The position numbers and the translations under genes were made by a program. From Eremomyces bilateralis CBS 781.70 (taxonomy: Eukaryota), in assembly GCA_010015585.1 (NCBI GenBank), contig ML975158.1: a stretch of 64,000 nucleotides of DNA. One strand, 5' to 3'. This document shows, one piece after another, positions 62,008 to 64,000 of this stretch. Each line of letters begins with the position of its first letter. Position 1 is the stretch's first letter. Under the pieces are notes generated by a model. The model was not told where the DNA came from and did no database searches. It saw only the letters and a program-made list of their open reading frames with translations.

Positions 62008-63372
62008 ATGTTTCCGACTACATTCTCACCACACCCACTGACAGATCACACCAATACATGCTACCCCCCGCCACGGTCTCGCCACTGTACGTTCGAGAAT
62101 CCAGGCATACTAAGTCGCAGTCAATCCAAACGCCTCCATTTCCCCCATCTCGACTCATCTGAGACCCTCCCAAGCGAGCACAGTTCCATATGTGACGCCG
62201 TCCACCGTATATCCAGTGGGAATACGGAAGCTTCCGAGACATCTGAGGCCACCCCAACGCTTCGCACGCCGACATCCGAGAGACCCCCAAGTCGACACAG
62301 CCATGGCCGCGGTGCCGCTGCATCGGACACACCACCTGTTCGCACAGCGGTTCGGTTCATCAACAACCCGCATGGCACGACTCTCACCACCATCTTCGAA
62401 CAACGCTCCTTTCTGACGCTCAGAGCCCAATCATCCGGCCGCTCCATCCCGTCCCTTCAACAACGTTGCAGCTATAGTGCCCAGGTCCCTCTGGGCCTTC
62501 GATCACGCCACTCGTTTAGCTTCGACGAGAGTATCATCCGTCGCCGTAGCCGCACGTTTCAACCGTCCAGTGCAGGCTCCGATCCCTCCACGCTCGGCAA
62601 CACCACTTTCCCCTTAGCCTGTCCTACGAAGCCTACCCATCCCCCGCACAAACGCACCCCAACGCCCCCTGGACGTCCGCGGTGGCCAGGTGACATCGGT
62701 CGTATCCCCCCGACACACCCCTCACTGCCCTCCACCGGTCGAGCCCTCGCTTCGAGCGTCCGCGACTTCCTGCGAACAAGGTCGCTGAGGAGTCAGAGGG
62801 GATCCAGAGCTCATCCAACGGGTCCGGTCTCCCCCTCCCCTGGCGGCCCTTCCCCATCCCGGCCGCCGATTCGCTCACCTACTGGCCCCAGGCGCCGCGC
62901 TACTTTACCGAGACGAGTCGGACGCGCGTATTGGCAACCTCCCCGGAGCGGGCATGCCACCTGCGGCTTCGAGGCATTGGACCGACACCCCTTCCACGCC
63001 GTCGCATTAGCTCCAGCAACCCTCGCCATGGCACCGTCTCATCCGCTGCAGGCAGCTCGCAGGCACGAACCGGCGGACAGGGCTCGACGACCCAGGCGAG
63101 GTGACAACGCCGCGAATCCGCGACCGAGGATGCTCTCAGGGGTGGCGACGCCGCGGCGTGGCGCGGACAGGCCGCAGGTGAGGACGCCAGACAATGTGGT
63201 GGCTGATGCGAGGGAAAGGGAGAGGAGAGCGACGCGAGCGCGCCGGCAGGCGATGAAGAAGGGGAAGTCGCGGGCGATCGATTGGGCGACGAGGAATTGC
63301 TGCTGTAATGCGAAGCTGGACTTGGCAAGCGACGGTGCAGCGCCGAGAGTCGTTCATGTACAGACAACCTGA
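62008..63372 (+). CDS. Hypothetical S/P/R-rich, probably disordered protein
   Basis: 454-codon ORF with short motif-like islands (GTTLTTIFEQRS, RTPTPPG, RHPFH). No domain recognised; start uncertain. Confidence 0.55.
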   Translation: MFPTTFSPHPLTDHTNTCYPPPRSRHCTFENPGILSRSQSKRLHFPHLDSSETLPSEHSSICDAVHRISSGNTEASETSEATPTLRTPTSERPPSRHSHGRGAAASDTPPVRTAVRFINNPHGTTLTTIFEQRSFLTLRAQSSGRSIPSLQQRCSYSAQVPLGLRSRHSFSFDESIIRRRSRTFQPSSAGSDPSTLGNTTFPLACPTKPTHPPHKRTPTPPGRPRWPGDIGRIPPTHPSLPSTGRALASSVRDFLRTRSLRSQRGSRAHPTGPVSPSPGGPSPSRPPIRSPTGPRRRATLPRRVGRAYWQPPRSGHATCGFEALDRHPFHAVALAPATLAMAPSHPLQAARRHEPADRARRPRRGDNAANPRPRMLSGVATPRRGADRPQVRTPDNVVADARERERRATRARRQAMKKGKSRAIDWATRNCCCNAKLDLASDGAAPRVVHVQTT

Positions 63373-63542
63373 ACAGGCAGGCCAGAGATCTCAATCACAC
63401 CCTAGAGTTCCCTTGACGCATACCAATGCAGATCCGTATTCCTTTTCACTTTGTTGTTGAGAACTGCTGCAGCCGTGCCGGTGCGCTAATATGTTGAGGG
63501 AAACGCCTATCGCTTGGCCTGGAATCGATCCTCCATTTCGGA

Positions 63543-64000
63543 TCATCCCCACAGGTCTCGCCAAAATTCTCGTAGCCCGTATTGCTTCCCCCTCCCCTCG
63601 TCATGCACTTTCGTTTTGCCTGCACCTATCGACCCTCCTATAGCAGCTAGCACTCCTCCTTCGCCGGACCTGAAATCGCCCTTCTTGATCGGCGCACGGG
63701 CTCGTTCCACTATCTCGGAGGCGAGAAGGGGCGCGACGTCAGCATAGCAAGCGTTCAACTCCCGCTCGAGAGAGTAGTATGGCTTCTTAGCAAGATCGGG
63801 CGCTTGGAGGTTGTAGGTGCGCGTGATGGAATTCAGGTTGTCGATGCTGAGCCCCAGGTACGAAAGTTCGGTTTTCTCCCATTCAGGATCGCGGAATGGT
63901 CGACTGAAGTATGGCGGTGGGTCTTGTGGCGCGGATTCAGGAATTTCAGTTACCTCGGCGGTCACCGTGACTGTGGGATTTTCTGTGCTCGTGTCGATTG
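63543..64000 (-). CDS. 3' end of a DUF1992 / DNAJC28-like conserved protein (5' part outside the window)
   Basis: Open frame to the window edge: PFRDPEWE..ELSY..LNSITRTYNLQAPDLAKKPY..LERELNACYADVAP...YGLREFWRDLW. Confidence 0.75.
   Translation of the reverse strand, partial: IDTSTENPTVTVTAEVTEIPESAPQDPPPYFSRPFRDPEWEKTELSYLGLSIDNLNSITRTYNLQAPDLAKKPYYSLERELNACYADVAPLLASEIVERARAPIKKGDFRSGEGGVLAAIGGSIGAGKTKVHDEGRGKQYGLREFWRDLWG

Overview
Gene-dense genomic DNA from a filamentous ascomycete (Pezizomycotina, probably Dothideomycetes; inferred from GT-AG introns with CTRAY branch points and from protein families). I reconstructed about 20 intact or partial genes by hand-splicing: a HET-domain gene running off the left edge, OPA3, a MOSC/mARC protein, a Mit1/CHD3-type remodeler, Mrm1, a Caf120/Skg3 PH protein, ChaC, an MFS transporter, Rok1, Atp20, a P450, Sas3, a VosA-like velvet protein, an F-box protein, a SAP (Sit4-associated protein), Tfb1, two hypotheticals and a partial DUF1992/DNAJC28-like gene. 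Several decayed genes are also present: an SDR, Gig2/DUF1479, an SF1 helicase relic and others. I found no rRNA, tRNA, CRISPR or intact transposon, and no clear new multi-gene system. The best leads are the HET-domain ORF missed by the ORF track, a divergent intron-rich velvet gene behind a 5 kb non-coding region, a recurrent C-rich to G-rich switch in 3' coding regions, an obligatory 5-nt microexon, and alternative C-termini of the SAP gene. All family calls rest on motif recognition by eye; no searches were run.
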